A stretch of DNA of 64,000 nucleotides from Candidatus Babelota bacterium (GCA_965658655.1 CBFHTA010000001.1:424722-488721), one strand, 5' to 3'. Shown: positions 50,680-60,356, counted from the first letter of the stretch. The notes: a model not told the origin generated them from the sequence alone. Made by a program: numbers and translations.

Positions 50680-51291
50680 ATGTACGAATTACCAAAACTT
50701 CCCTATGACTACGGCGCTCTTGAACCATACATCGAAGCTCAAATCATGGAGCTGCATCATGCAAAGCATCAACAAGCGTATGTAAATGGCCTTAATGCAG
50801 CGCTCGAAAAACATCCTGAGCTCTTTAATAAATCACTTGATGAACTTCTTAAAGATTTAAATGCAATCCCCGAAGATATTCGAACAGCCGTTCGTAATCA
50901 TGGTGGTGGAGTAAAAAACCATACAGATTTTTGGCATGTTATGAAACCAGGCGGTGGTGGTGAACCTAAAGGCCCTGTGGCTCAAAAAATTAAAGAAGCA
51001 TTTGGTAGTTTTAATGCCTTTAAAAATCAATTTACTAAAGTCGGAAAGTCTCGCTTTGGTAGTGGTTGGGCATGGCTCTCTTTAGACAATAACGGTAAGA
51101 TGCTTATCTCTTCTACGGCAAATCAAGATACTCCCCTTTCGGAAGGCCTTCATCCTGTTTTAGGCTTAGATGTGTGGGAACATGCTTACTATCTTCAATA
51201 TTTTAATCGTCGTCCCGATTATATAGATGCTTGGTGGAATACCCTTAATTGGGAAAGAGTTGAAGAAAATTATCATAATCTTGTGGGGTAA
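50680..51291 (+). CDS. sodA: Mn/Fe superoxide dismutase
   Basis: LPYDYGALEP, HHAKHQ, FGSGWAWL, DVWEHAYY. Confidence 0.96.
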   Translation: MYELPKLPYDYGALEPYIEAQIMELHHAKHQQAYVNGLNAALEKHPELFNKSLDELLKDLNAIPEDIRTAVRNHGGGVKNHTDFWHVMKPGGGGEPKGPVAQKIKEAFGSFNAFKNQFTKVGKSRFGSGWAWLSLDNNGKMLISSTANQDTPLSEGLHPVLGLDVWEHAYYLQYFNRRPDYIDAWWNTLNWERVEENYHNLVG

Positions 51292-51321
51292 ATAAGCTTA
51301 TATTTTAAAGAGCCGGCCCAA

Positions 51322-51349
51322 TTGACAAATAGAAAACATTTATTATAAT
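51322..51349 (+). promoter_or_regulatory. Consensus sigma70 promoter of the 51377 orphan gene
   Basis: TTGACA-N16-TATAAT. Confidence 0.75.
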
Positions 51350-51376
51350 AAGTCTTATAGAGTTAGATTTTAATAA

Positions 51377-51862
51377 ATGGAGGTTTCTATGAAAAAGGTA
51401 TTATCGCTTTTAAGTTTATGTTCTTTTGTAGTGCTGCAAGCAGCTTCGATAGGTTCTGATTATAATAAGGTTATAGACTCTGAATTACGTATACAAAGTG
51501 ATGATTCCGGGCTTGTGGAATCACCGATAAGTTTTGATGATTCTTTAGATACCGAGGTTATTATTGCACTTGAAAAACCAATCGAGATTAACGGGAAAAA
51601 GGTTGGTGAAGTTACAGAAACTATAGGACAGCTTCAATTTAAATATAACAATATGCGGGTACTTATTGAGATGCTGTCTCCTTTTATCCATGAGCATGAT
51701 AAAAATCACATGAGAGCTATTTTGAAATACTCTCCTGAAGATAAAAAATCTCTTATTGATCTAGCTAGAGACAAGATGGAAAAACACGGTAACAAAGATA
51801 AAAGATGGGAAGCTCCAAATAATGCTGTGCAGAATTTTACATTTTTGAAGAGTTTAATTTAA
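51377..51862 (+). CDS. Putative secreted hypothetical protein (start likely ATG 51389)
   Basis: GGAGG RBS, MKKVLSLLSLCSFVVLQA signal. Confidence 0.8.
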   Translation: MEVSMKKVLSLLSLCSFVVLQAASIGSDYNKVIDSELRIQSDDSGLVESPISFDDSLDTEVIIALEKPIEINGKKVGEVTETIGQLQFKYNNMRVLIEMLSPFIHEHDKNHMRAILKYSPEDKKSLIDLARDKMEKHGNKDKRWEAPNNAVQNFTFLKSLI

Positions 51863-51883
51863 GATTTTAAACATAAAATACTT

Positions 51884-51920
51884 TTAGAGCCGGTCTATTG
51901 TAGGCCGGCTCTAATTTTTT
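51884..51920 (+). terminator. Rho-independent terminator
   Basis: ttagagccggtcta-ttg-taggccggctctaa plus T-tract. Confidence 0.85.
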
Positions 51921-51972
51921 GGTCTTCTTTTACGGTCTTTACAAAAGACTTGAATGGTAAAAGGGAATTTCA

Positions 51973-52230
51973 ATGGAAAGGTTATTCTTATTATTGAGTT
52001 TATGTACGATAGATTTTACACAAGCAGTAGTTGTATGGCCCAGTCTAGATAAGAAAAAAGAGGAATGAGTGACGGTTTATTTTGCTTCAAGTAGTGTTCT
52101 GACTATCTTCGAGGAATAAGATAATTTTCGGGGTGCAATATTGGTGAATCTGTGAAGAATTCAGGGAGTGCCTGAGGTTGATTCGTAGTATGTTCGGCTT
52201 GAAGAAGGGAACCCATTATTGTTCGAATAG
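51973..52230 (+). pseudogene. Decayed secreted-protein gene remnant
   Basis: AAGGG RBS, MERLFLLLSLCTIDFTQA signal, then several in-frame stops. Confidence 0.4.
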
Positions 52231-52310
52231 TTTGGCTAAAATCCCTAAAAACAGTATACTAAAAGCTTAATGATGGTATTAAAGTAACCGTAGCAAGGGG
52301 ATAAATCCCG

Positions 52311-53819
52311 ATGACCAAAGAAAAAGATCTAAACGTAGAAGATACTCATACTGTTAACCCAGATGCTTCTGAGGAGCACCATATTCGGGTTGAGAAAGTC
52401 AAAAAATTACGAGACCAGGGTATTGAGCCATGGCCTGAATTTAAGGAAGTGCCAAACACTTCTAAGCAGGTTATTGATGAATTTAAAGAAGATTCAGAAG
52501 TTGAGTATGCTATTGCGGGTCGTGTTGTAGCTTTGCGTTGGCATGGAAAAAGTGCTTTTGCGCAGTTGCAAGATCGTCATGGTCGTGTGCAGGTCTACTT
52601 TAAAAAAGATATTATTGGTGAAAAAACGTTTGATCTTTTTCAAGATAACTTAGACTTGGGAGACATTCTCTGGGTTAAGGGAATCACTTTCAAAACTAAA
52701 ACTGGCGAAACTACGATTAAAGCTTTTGAAGGCACACTACTTTCTAAGTGTCTTCATCCTCTACCAGAAAAATTTCATGGTATTGCCGATGTAGAGATTA
52801 AATATCGTCAACGTTATTTAGATCTCATCTCCGACCAAGAGAGTAGAAACAAATTTGTAGTCCGCTCAAAGCTCATTAGCGGACTACGTCATTATCTTGA
52901 AGACCATGAGTTTATGGAAGTAGAAACACCAATGCTTCATCCTATTCCGGGTGGTGCGGTGGCTAAGCCTTTTGTAACACATCATAATGCTCTGCATTCA
53001 GACCTGTATTTGCGTATTGCTCCAGAGCTTTACCTTAAAAGACTTGTCGTTGGTGGATTTGAACGTGTGTATGAAATTAACCGTAGCTTTAGAAACGAAG
53101 GTATTTCTACAAAGCACAATCCTGAATTTACTATGCTAGAGTTCTATATGGCGCACAAAGATTATCATTACATGATGAATTTTGTAGAAGATATGCTCAA
53201 AAAAGTAGTTAAAAAATCATGTGAGACAGATCAAGTTGCATTTGGTGAACATACCTTAGATTTTGCAAAACCATTTGAACGCATGAGTATCAAAGAAGCT
53301 GTGCTTAAACATGGTAATTACAAAGAAGAAGACGTTTCTATCGATAAAATTGACGATGAGATAAAAAAACATGGAGCAAAGCTTCAGGTTAAAGACGCAT
53401 CTTATGGGCAGAAGTTATTTTTATTGTTCGAAGAAGTTGCAGAGTCTCATCTTATTCAACCAACATTTATCACCGACTTTCCGGTAGAAGTTTCTCCACT
53501 TTCAAAGCGTGATGTAAATAATCCAAATTTTGTATCTAGGTTTGAACTGTTCATGGGTGGAATGGAACTTTCTAATTGTTTCAATGAGTTAAACGAACCG
53601 TTTGATCAAGAAGAGCGATTCAAAGAGCAAGCAGCGACTCATGCTGCTGGTGATGACGAAGCAATGCATTTTGACGGTGACTATGTTCGTGCGCTTGAAT
53701 ATGGATTACCTCCAACAGTGGGTGTTGGAATTGGTATTGATCGTCTTGCTATGATTTTAACCAATACTACTTCTATTAAGGACGTTATCTTGTTCCCAAC
53801 CCTTAAGAGAAAAGACTAA
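52311..53819 (+). CDS. lysS: Lysine-tRNA ligase (class II)
   Basis: PLPEKFHG, YRQRYLDLI, LRIAPELYLKRL, FRNEG, GIDRL. Confidence 0.98.
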   Translation: MTKEKDLNVEDTHTVNPDASEEHHIRVEKVKKLRDQGIEPWPEFKEVPNTSKQVIDEFKEDSEVEYAIAGRVVALRWHGKSAFAQLQDRHGRVQVYFKKDIIGEKTFDLFQDNLDLGDILWVKGITFKTKTGETTIKAFEGTLLSKCLHPLPEKFHGIADVEIKYRQRYLDLISDQESRNKFVVRSKLISGLRHYLEDHEFMEVETPMLHPIPGGAVAKPFVTHHNALHSDLYLRIAPELYLKRLVVGGFERVYEINRSFRNEGISTKHNPEFTMLEFYMAHKDYHYMMNFVEDMLKKVVKKSCETDQVAFGEHTLDFAKPFERMSIKEAVLKHGNYKEEDVSIDKIDDEIKKHGAKLQVKDASYGQKLFLLFEEVAESHLIQPTFITDFPVEVSPLSKRDVNNPNFVSRFELFMGGMELSNCFNELNEPFDQEERFKEQAATHAAGDDEAMHFDGDYVRALEYGLPPTVGVGIGIDRLAMILTNTTSIKDVILFPTLKRKD

Positions 53820-54437
53820 TTATTGATGTGTCTTTTCTAATCTTTTAGAAGAGGTAGATTTCATAACTTGTGAGAGACTTGGAGTCCCTTTTTTTCTTTT
53901 AAAAGATGAAGAAGTTTTTTCTTGATGCTTTAAAGTTTTTTTGTGCCTTTTAAGCGAAGAGAGTATTCCAAATGTTTGATTACAAGGAGCACATAAATAA
54001 ACTTTGCTTTTTGTATGTATCCTTATATGAATTTTAAGGGCACCTTTTCGGGCAAAGGTTTTATTACAAGTATCACAAGAAAACGGTTTCTCACCGCTAT
54101 GTTTTGATTGTGTATGAAGTTTAAGGTCACCTTTTCGGGCAAAGGTTTTATTACAAGCATCACAAGGAAACGGTTTCTCACCGCTATGTACTTCTTTTCG
54201 ATGTGTCATTAACCCTTTTTCTTGTGCAAATGTTTGATTGCATTCGCTGCAGCGAGCATTGATTACTTTTTCATGTGTTCTTGTATGTCTTTCCAAAGCA
54301 TTACTTGTTGTGAATATTTGACTGCAGAGATTGCAAAAAAGATCTTTAGAAAAAGTTCTGTTAGAAGATGCAGATTGAACAATAGATGTATTTGTTAAAA
54401 ATAATGCGAAAATTATAACTATTAATTTTTTATTCAT
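53820..54437 (-). CDS. Putative secreted five-finger C2H2 zinc-finger protein with NLS-like KRKK
   Basis: Signal peptide, five CxxC-x12-H-x3/5-H fingers, two HSGEKPF linkers. Confidence 0.9.
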   Translation of the reverse strand: MNKKLIVIIFALFLTNTSIVQSASSNRTFSKDLFCNLCSQIFTTSNALERHTRTHEKVINARCSECNQTFAQEKGLMTHRKEVHSGEKPFPCDACNKTFARKGDLKLHTQSKHSGEKPFSCDTCNKTFARKGALKIHIRIHTKSKVYLCAPCNQTFGILSSLKRHKKTLKHQEKTSSSFKRKKGTPSLSQVMKSTSSKRLEKTHQ

Positions 54438-54488
54438 TTAGGTTCCGAAAATTATAAGATAAAAACTTATTGTGACAGAAAGGGTATT

Positions 54489-54569
54489 ATGAATCAAGCA
54501 TTATTAATGAATCCTGAAGCAGGTTTTCAAGATCAAGAGTATATGGATACCAAAAAAAGAGGTGATTAG
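54489..54569 (+). pseudogene. Truncated duplicate of the 5' end of the DJ-1/PfpI gene
   Basis: MNQALLMNPEAGFQDQEYMDTKK versus MKQVLLMISEVGFQEQEYTDTKK at 55356. Confidence 0.85.
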
Positions 54570-54572
54570 TCA

Positions 54573-54620
54573 TAAGGACGTTACCTTGTTCCCAACCCTT
54601 AAGAGAAAAGACTCATTATT
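54573..54620 (+). repeat. Direct duplicate of the lysS 3' end (53777-53824)
   Basis: 48-nt match with 2 mismatches; the 796-nt offset equals the offset between the two zinc-finger stop codons. Confidence 0.92.
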
Positions 54621-55233
54621 TATTTGTACTTTCTAATCTTTTGAAAGAGGTAGATTTCATAGCTTGTGAGAGACCTGGAGTTTCCTTTTTTCTTTTAAGA
54701 GATAAACCTGCTATTTCTGGATGTTGTGCATTATTGTGCCTTTGCAGCCCATAGTGTCTAGTAAATACGGCGTTGCAAAGAGCGCATAAATAAGATCTGT
54801 GTTTTTTGTGTACTTCATTTATATGTCTGTTAAGAACGTTTTTTCGGCTAAATTCTTTCTTGCAGATATTACAAGAATGGGATGCTTTTTCGCCATGTAC
54901 TTCATCTGTGTGTCTTTTAAGACCCTCTTTTCGAACAAATTTTTTTGGGCAAAAACGGCAAGAATAGGATGCTTTTTCGCCATGTATTTCATTTGTATGT
55001 CGCTTGAGACCATATTTTTCTGTAAATGTACGTGCACATTGGGTGCAACTATAATATCCTTTTTCTTCATGTGTTTTTCTATGTTCTGTAAAATCTTTAT
55101 TTGTTTTAAACATTTGATTACACGTATTGCAGACAATATCTTTAGAAAAAGCTGTGTCAGAAGATGCAGATTGAACAGTAGATGTATTTGTTAGTAATAA
55201 TCCGAAAATTATAATTATTAATTTTTTATTCAT
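54616..55233 (-). CDS. Putative secreted five-finger C2H2 zinc-finger protein with NLS-like KRKK (paralog)
   Basis: Signal peptide, five fingers, HGEKASY/H linkers, termini similar to 53820..54437. Confidence 0.9.
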   Translation of the reverse strand: MNKKLIIIIFGLLLTNTSTVQSASSDTAFSKDIVCNTCNQMFKTNKDFTEHRKTHEEKGYYSCTQCARTFTEKYGLKRHTNEIHGEKASYSCRFCPKKFVRKEGLKRHTDEVHGEKASHSCNICKKEFSRKNVLNRHINEVHKKHRSYLCALCNAVFTRHYGLQRHNNAQHPEIAGLSLKRKKETPGLSQAMKSTSFKRLESTNK

Positions 55234-55355
55234 TTAGATCCCTAAAATTATAATATAAAAGTCTATGTGTTATACTTTGTTTGTTGATATGACTTTATTT
55301 AGGTTTGTGTATTATTTCTTTAAAAATAAAAATTCATTCTGACAGAAAGAGGATT

Positions 55356-55868
55356 ATGAAGCAAGTATTATTAATGATTTCTGAAGTAGGTTTTCAAGAG
55401 CAAGAGTATACGGATACTAAAAAAGTATTAGAAGAGGCAGGGGTTAAAGTTCTTACCACTTCAGATCATTCAAAAGAGGCGATTGGGCATAATGGAGTAA
55501 AGCAAAAAATAGAAGTGCAACTTGACCAAATTAATCCACGAGAATACGATGGTATCTTTGTAATCGGTGGTTCTGGTGCGCTTGATCATTTAAATGTCCC
55601 TAAAGTTCACAAAGTGTTAAGTGAATTTTTTGCTCTCGATAAACCGTACGGTGCTATTTGCATTTCTTCTCGTATTCTTGCTCAAGCAGAATTGTTGCAA
55701 AACAAAAAAGCTGCATGTTGGAACAAAGATGAAAAAGCACAAGCTATTTTGGAAGCTTATGGAGCAGAGTTTGTGGATGAACATGTGGTGACTGATGGCA
55801 AAGTAGTAACAGCTAATGGCCCCGATGCAGCAATAGATTTTGGTAAAGCAATTTTAGAAGTTATATAG
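55356..55868 (+). CDS. DJ-1/PfpI-family protein (start likely ATG 55356)
   Basis: GFQEQEY, YDGIFVIGGSGA, GAIC nucleophile elbow, VVTDGKVVTANGP. Confidence 0.9.
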   Translation: MKQVLLMISEVGFQEQEYTDTKKVLEEAGVKVLTTSDHSKEAIGHNGVKQKIEVQLDQINPREYDGIFVIGGSGALDHLNVPKVHKVLSEFFALDKPYGAICISSRILAQAELLQNKKAACWNKDEKAQAILEAYGAEFVDEHVVTDGKVVTANGPDAAIDFGKAILEVI

Positions 55869-55877
55869 AAAGATAAT

Positions 55878-57614
55878 ATGCAAACAGTGTCCGGCATTAA
55901 ATATTTATGGAAGCTCCCAGAGACAGACACGCAGAAAATGCTTGATATTGCATCTGAATTTAGTCTTTCTATACCTCTTTCTCAAATTCTTATCTCGCGT
56001 GGGTATACAACAAAAGATGCTATAGAGGATTATCTGTTTAGTTCAGAAACCAAAGATGTATCTTCTGCGGTGCTTATGAAAGATGCAGAGAAAGCGGTAG
56101 ATAGAATTTTAACAGCAATAAAAAATAACGAAAAAATCTTAGTCTTTGGTGATTACGATGTTGACGGAATAACTTCTTCTTCTCTTATGATGACGGCACT
56201 AAAACCCCTTGGGGCAGATGTTAATTTTTATTTGCCTCATCGTGTAAAAGATGGTTATGGCCTTTCAACTAAAATTGTAAATCGTGCAGCAGACAATAAT
56301 TATAAAGTTGTTATTACGGTTGATAATGGAACAACTGCCTTTGAACAAGCAAAAGTGGCAAAAGAACGTGGCATTGATTTAATTATTACCGATCATCACC
56401 AACCTCACGGTGACCTTCCAGATGCCTATGCGATTGTAAACCCCCATCAAAAAGATTGCGAGTATCCGTTTAAAGAGTTTGCAGGTGTTGGGGTAACGTT
56501 TAAAATACTTACACTGCTGTATGAGAAGTTAGATAAACAATTGCCTGAAAAAGCCTATGAGCTTTTGCTTCTGGGGACTGTTGCAGATGTTGTGCCATTG
56601 CTCGGAGAAAATCGATTTTGGGTTCGGTACGGTTTGCAGTGGGCCAATACCAAAGAAAGTCTGTCTTTACGTGTCTTAAAAGAGAACGGTAAGTGTACAC
56701 GACCTAAGCTGTCATCTCTTGATGTTGGTTTTAGGATAGCTCCTCAGATTAATGCGTTAGGTCGTTTAGAGGATCCACGACAGGGTGTTGCCTTTTTATT
56801 AGGGGTCGATGAAAAAGAGTCTCGGCATATTGGTTCTGTTTTATATCAACTGAACGAGGCAAGAAAACAGATAGAGCGTACCATATTCGAAGATGTTGAA
56901 ACGTTAATTGAGAATGGCACCATTGACCTGACCAAAGAAAAAATCATTCTTGCAGGTGGAAAAAAATGGCCTCCTGGGGTAATTGGTTTGGTGGCTTCTC
57001 GATTAGTGGGTAAGTATGGTCGCCCTGTTTTACTTTTCCATTTAACAGATAAAGGTAAAGCTAAGGGTTCGTGTAGAACTATTGAACCTTTTAATATTTT
57101 TGAGGCGCTGACAGAAAACTCAGAGTTGCTAGACCAATTTGGTGGGCATGCCATGGCTGCTGGTTTAGCGTTAGATCAAGATAAGTTAGCAGATTTAAAA
57201 CAGGCGCTTGAAAAGCGCGCAGAGCGTCTATTAACGGCAGAAGATTTGCAACAAAAATTAGTGTGCGATGCCGCAATTACTTTACCCGATGTTGGTGCTA
57301 AGTTGGTGCGAGACATGGAGTATTTAGAGCCATTTGGTGCAAAGAATTCTCAACCAACGTTTTATTTGCGTAGTGTATCGTTGGTTCAAAAGCCTCAATT
57401 GTTAAAGCTTTTGCATGTTAAATGCATGGTTTTTGCAGAAGGAATTATTAAGCCTGTTATTTTTTTCAACAGACCTGAATTGTTTGATATACTTAATGCA
57501 CAAGAAGAAGAACCTTTTGATTTGGCTGTTCAGGTGACAGAGAATCATTGGCAAGGACGTTCGCAGGTAGAGTTAATGGGAGTGGACGTTGCTAACACAA
57601 AGGAAGATGCATGA
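55878..57614 (+). CDS. recJ: ssDNA exonuclease RecJ
   Basis: GDYDVDG, ITVDNG, TDHH, GTVADVVPL, GGHAMAAG. Confidence 0.96.
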   Translation: MQTVSGIKYLWKLPETDTQKMLDIASEFSLSIPLSQILISRGYTTKDAIEDYLFSSETKDVSSAVLMKDAEKAVDRILTAIKNNEKILVFGDYDVDGITSSSLMMTALKPLGADVNFYLPHRVKDGYGLSTKIVNRAADNNYKVVITVDNGTTAFEQAKVAKERGIDLIITDHHQPHGDLPDAYAIVNPHQKDCEYPFKEFAGVGVTFKILTLLYEKLDKQLPEKAYELLLLGTVADVVPLLGENRFWVRYGLQWANTKESLSLRVLKENGKCTRPKLSSLDVGFRIAPQINALGRLEDPRQGVAFLLGVDEKESRHIGSVLYQLNEARKQIERTIFEDVETLIENGTIDLTKEKIILAGGKKWPPGVIGLVASRLVGKYGRPVLLFHLTDKGKAKGSCRTIEPFNIFEALTENSELLDQFGGHAMAAGLALDQDKLADLKQALEKRAERLLTAEDLQQKLVCDAAITLPDVGAKLVRDMEYLEPFGAKNSQPTFYLRSVSLVQKPQLLKLLHVKCMVFAEGIIKPVIFFNRPELFDILNAQEEEPFDLAVQVTENHWQGRSQVELMGVDVANTKEDA

Positions 57615-58285
57615 TTATAACAATTGACGGTCCTGCTGCAAGTGGAAAGTCTACTATTGCACGAATGGCGGCAGAGCATCTTAATTTTTATTATTTAAAT
57701 AGTGGTCTTTTGTATCGTGCGGTTACTTATATTCTTATTCATAATCATAAGTATACTCAGCATCAGTTACGGGAGGTAGTGCAGAAAGATATTGATGAAT
57801 GTACAGATATAAAACGTATTTTTTATGCATATAACCCTCAAGAGGGTTCTACTGTAATGTATGATGAGCAAGACATTACCCGCTTTTTAAAAGATCCACA
57901 GATAGATCAATGCGTTTCTATTATAAGTCCTCAAAAGATAGTTAGAGAGGCTCTTTCTGATTTACAACGCGCTATTGCAAAAAGTCATGATGTGGTCGTT
58001 GAAGGGCGAGATGTGGGTTCGGTTGTTTTTCCTCATGCTGATTACAAGTTTTTTCTTACAGCATTACTTGAAGTTAGAGCGGAAAGATGGCGTAAGTATC
58101 AAGAGAAAAAGGGTAATTCTTATTCTTTGGATCAGGTAAAAGAGCTTGTTGCGCATCGTGATTCTAATGATAAGAGTAGGAAGATTTCTCCTTTAATGGT
58201 TCCTGCTCAAGCAATTACCATAGATAATTCGAATCTAAGCCTCCAAGAAACAGTGCAGCAAATTTTAAAACATATTAAAAACTAA
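57611..58285 (+). CDS. cmk: Cytidylate kinase
   Basis: ITIDGPAASGKST, SGLLYRA, EGRDVGSVVFP. Confidence 0.95.
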   Translation: MIITIDGPAASGKSTIARMAAEHLNFYYLNSGLLYRAVTYILIHNHKYTQHQLREVVQKDIDECTDIKRIFYAYNPQEGSTVMYDEQDITRFLKDPQIDQCVSIISPQKIVREALSDLQRAIAKSHDVVVEGRDVGSVVFPHADYKFFLTALLEVRAERWRKYQEKKGNSYSLDQVKELVAHRDSNDKSRKISPLMVPAQAITIDNSNLSLQETVQQILKHIKN

Positions 58286-58315
58286 AAAAAGCCACCCTTA
58301 AGGATGGCTTTTTTT
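58284..58315. terminator. Bidirectional terminator
   Basis: A-tract gccacc...ggatggc T-tract between convergent genes. Confidence 0.75.
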
Positions 58316-58327
58316 AATAGCAGTAGC

Positions 58328-58576
58328 TTATGCAAAAAGAGCGTCTGTGTTGTCTAACTCGATGTGTACATGCTTTTTGTGTTTTTTCGTAGGAGTTGCT
58401 TTGTGCTTTTTCACAACATGCTTCTTATGAGCTGCTTTGTGTTTTTTTACTACATGTTTCTTATGAGCTGCTTTTTTGCTGTGTGTCTTAGCTTTGGGTG
58501 CATTTGAACGTTTGCAGCAACATCCTGGAAGTGCTAAAATTGCAATCGCGCAAAGAGTCATCATTAGTTTCTTCAT
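58328..58576 (-). CDS. Small Lys/His-rich lipoprotein
   Basis: Lipobox LPGC, AAHKKHVVKKHK repeated twice. Confidence 0.75.
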   Translation of the reverse strand: MKKLMMTLCAIAILALPGCCCKRSNAPKAKTHSKKAAHKKHVVKKHKAAHKKHVVKKHKATPTKKHKKHVHIELDNTDALFA

Positions 58577-58760
58577 TCTTCTTTCCCTTTCTTTTGTGAA
58601 GATAAACTATTACTTTTGACCTTTAATTATTTAGAAAATTAAAATCTTTTTTGAAGATAACGTATTCTAAAGAGCGAGTGCAATAAAATAGTCTTGAGAA
58701 GGGTGTTATTGTCGAATAATTTAAGGTAAAATAAATAAAATTAAATTCTTCGGGAGTATC

Positions 58761-60356
58761 ATGGCAAAGTATATATTTGTAACAGGTGGGGTGTTAAGTT
58801 CGGTTGGTAAAGGGATTGTTGCGTCTTCGCTCGGTAAGATCTTAAAAGAGCGAGGCATCAAAGTAGGTATTCAGAAGTTTGATCCGTATATTAACGTTGA
58901 TCCTGGGACGATGTCTCCTTATCAGCATGGAGAAGTTTTTGTTACCAACGATGGAGCAGAAACAGATCTTGACTTAGGGCATTATGAACGCTTTCTTGAT
59001 GTAAATTTACAACGTTCATGCAGTGTAAGTTCAGGGCAAATTTATGCACGTGTTATCGAAAAAGAACGTAGAGGGGATTATTTAGGTGGAACCATTCAGG
59101 TTATTCCGCATATTACACAAGAAATTAAAAATGCTGTTAAGCAAGCTGCAAAAGATACCGATTGTGACGTGCTCATTGTAGAAGTTGGAGGCACCGTAGG
59201 TGATTTAGAGGCAGCACCATTTTTCGAAGCACTTCGTCAATTACAGTATGAAGAAGGTCGAGAAAACACAGCTTTTGTACATGTTTCTTGGTTAGCACAC
59301 ATGGGTGCAACGGGAGAACTTAAAACAAAACCTTCGCAGCATTCATTACGTGAACTTAGATCTATTGGTATTATTCCAGATATTGTTGTTGCTCGTGCAG
59401 ATTATCCTATTGAACGTTCGCTTTGCGAAAAGCTTGGACACTTCTCTAATGTTCCGGGAGACCAAGTACTTTCTTTAATAACAGAAAAAGTTGCTTATAA
59501 GGTTCCTTTAACTCTTGAGAAACAAGGGCTCGGGAAATTTATGGTGAAACGTTTGGCATTAAAGGTGCAAGCGGCTACTCCAGATTGGTCTTGTTGGAAG
59601 ACGCTTATAGAGAATATAGAAACAGATAGTCAAAAAAAACTAACTATTGGTCTGGTGGGTAAATATACTCAATTGCATGATGCTTATTTGTCTGTAGTTG
59701 AAGCATTACGTCATGCTGGGTATGCACAAAGAGTTCAAGTGTCTATCGCTTGGATTAATTCAGAGGAGCTTACTGAAGAAAATGTTGAAGGAGCTCTTTC
59801 GGTATGCGATGGTATTGTGGTGCCGGGTGGTTTTGGGTATCGCGGCGTAGAAGGGAAAATTCTTGCGGCTCGCTGGGCACGTAAAAATAATAAACCATAT
59901 TTAGGTCTTTGTTTAGGGTTGCAAGTAATGTGTATTGATCTTGCTCGTGAGTGTATAGACAAAGCAGCAACGTCTTTTGAGTTTGATGAAAAAGCAAAAA
60001 CACCTATTGTTGCGCTTATGGACGAACAAAAGAAGGTAACCAAAAAAGGCGGCACTATGCGTTTAGGTGTATATCCATGTAAAGTTATTCCTGGTACAAA
60101 AGCAGCGTGCGCATATAATACAGAAGAGATTCAAGAACGTCATCGGCATCGTCTTGAATTTAATAACACATATCGAGATCAATTAGAGAAAGCTGGTTTG
60201 GTAATATCTGGACAATCTCCTGATGGTTCTTTAGTAGAGATTGTGGAGCTTAAAGATCATCCTTTTATGGTTGCGAGCCAATTTCATCCAGAATTTTTAT
60301 CACGGCCAGATAAGGCACACCCGTTGTTTTCAGCATTTCTGCAGGCTACCATTTAA
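58761..60356 (+). CDS. pyrG: CTP synthase
   Basis: FVTGGVLSSVGKG, DPYINVDPGTMSP, GLCLG, ERHRHR, QFHPEF. Confidence 0.98.
   Translation: MAKYIFVTGGVLSSVGKGIVASSLGKILKERGIKVGIQKFDPYINVDPGTMSPYQHGEVFVTNDGAETDLDLGHYERFLDVNLQRSCSVSSGQIYARVIEKERRGDYLGGTIQVIPHITQEIKNAVKQAAKDTDCDVLIVEVGGTVGDLEAAPFFEALRQLQYEEGRENTAFVHVSWLAHMGATGELKTKPSQHSLRELRSIGIIPDIVVARADYPIERSLCEKLGHFSNVPGDQVLSLITEKVAYKVPLTLEKQGLGKFMVKRLALKVQAATPDWSCWKTLIENIETDSQKKLTIGLVGKYTQLHDAYLSVVEALRHAGYAQRVQVSIAWINSEELTEENVEGALSVCDGIVVPGGFGYRGVEGKILAARWARKNNKPYLGLCLGLQVMCIDLARECIDKAATSFEFDEKAKTPIVALMDEQKKVTKKGGTMRLGVYPCKVIPGTKAACAYNTEEIQERHRHRLEFNNTYRDQLEKAGLVISGQSPDGSLVEIVELKDHPFMVASQFHPEFLSRPDKAHPLFSAFLQATI

Noticed and set aside
53777..54620. 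lysS 3' duplication as attL/attR of an integrated element
   Set aside because: No integrase or transposase, and the co-duplicated DJ-1 5' end shows a simple tandem duplication
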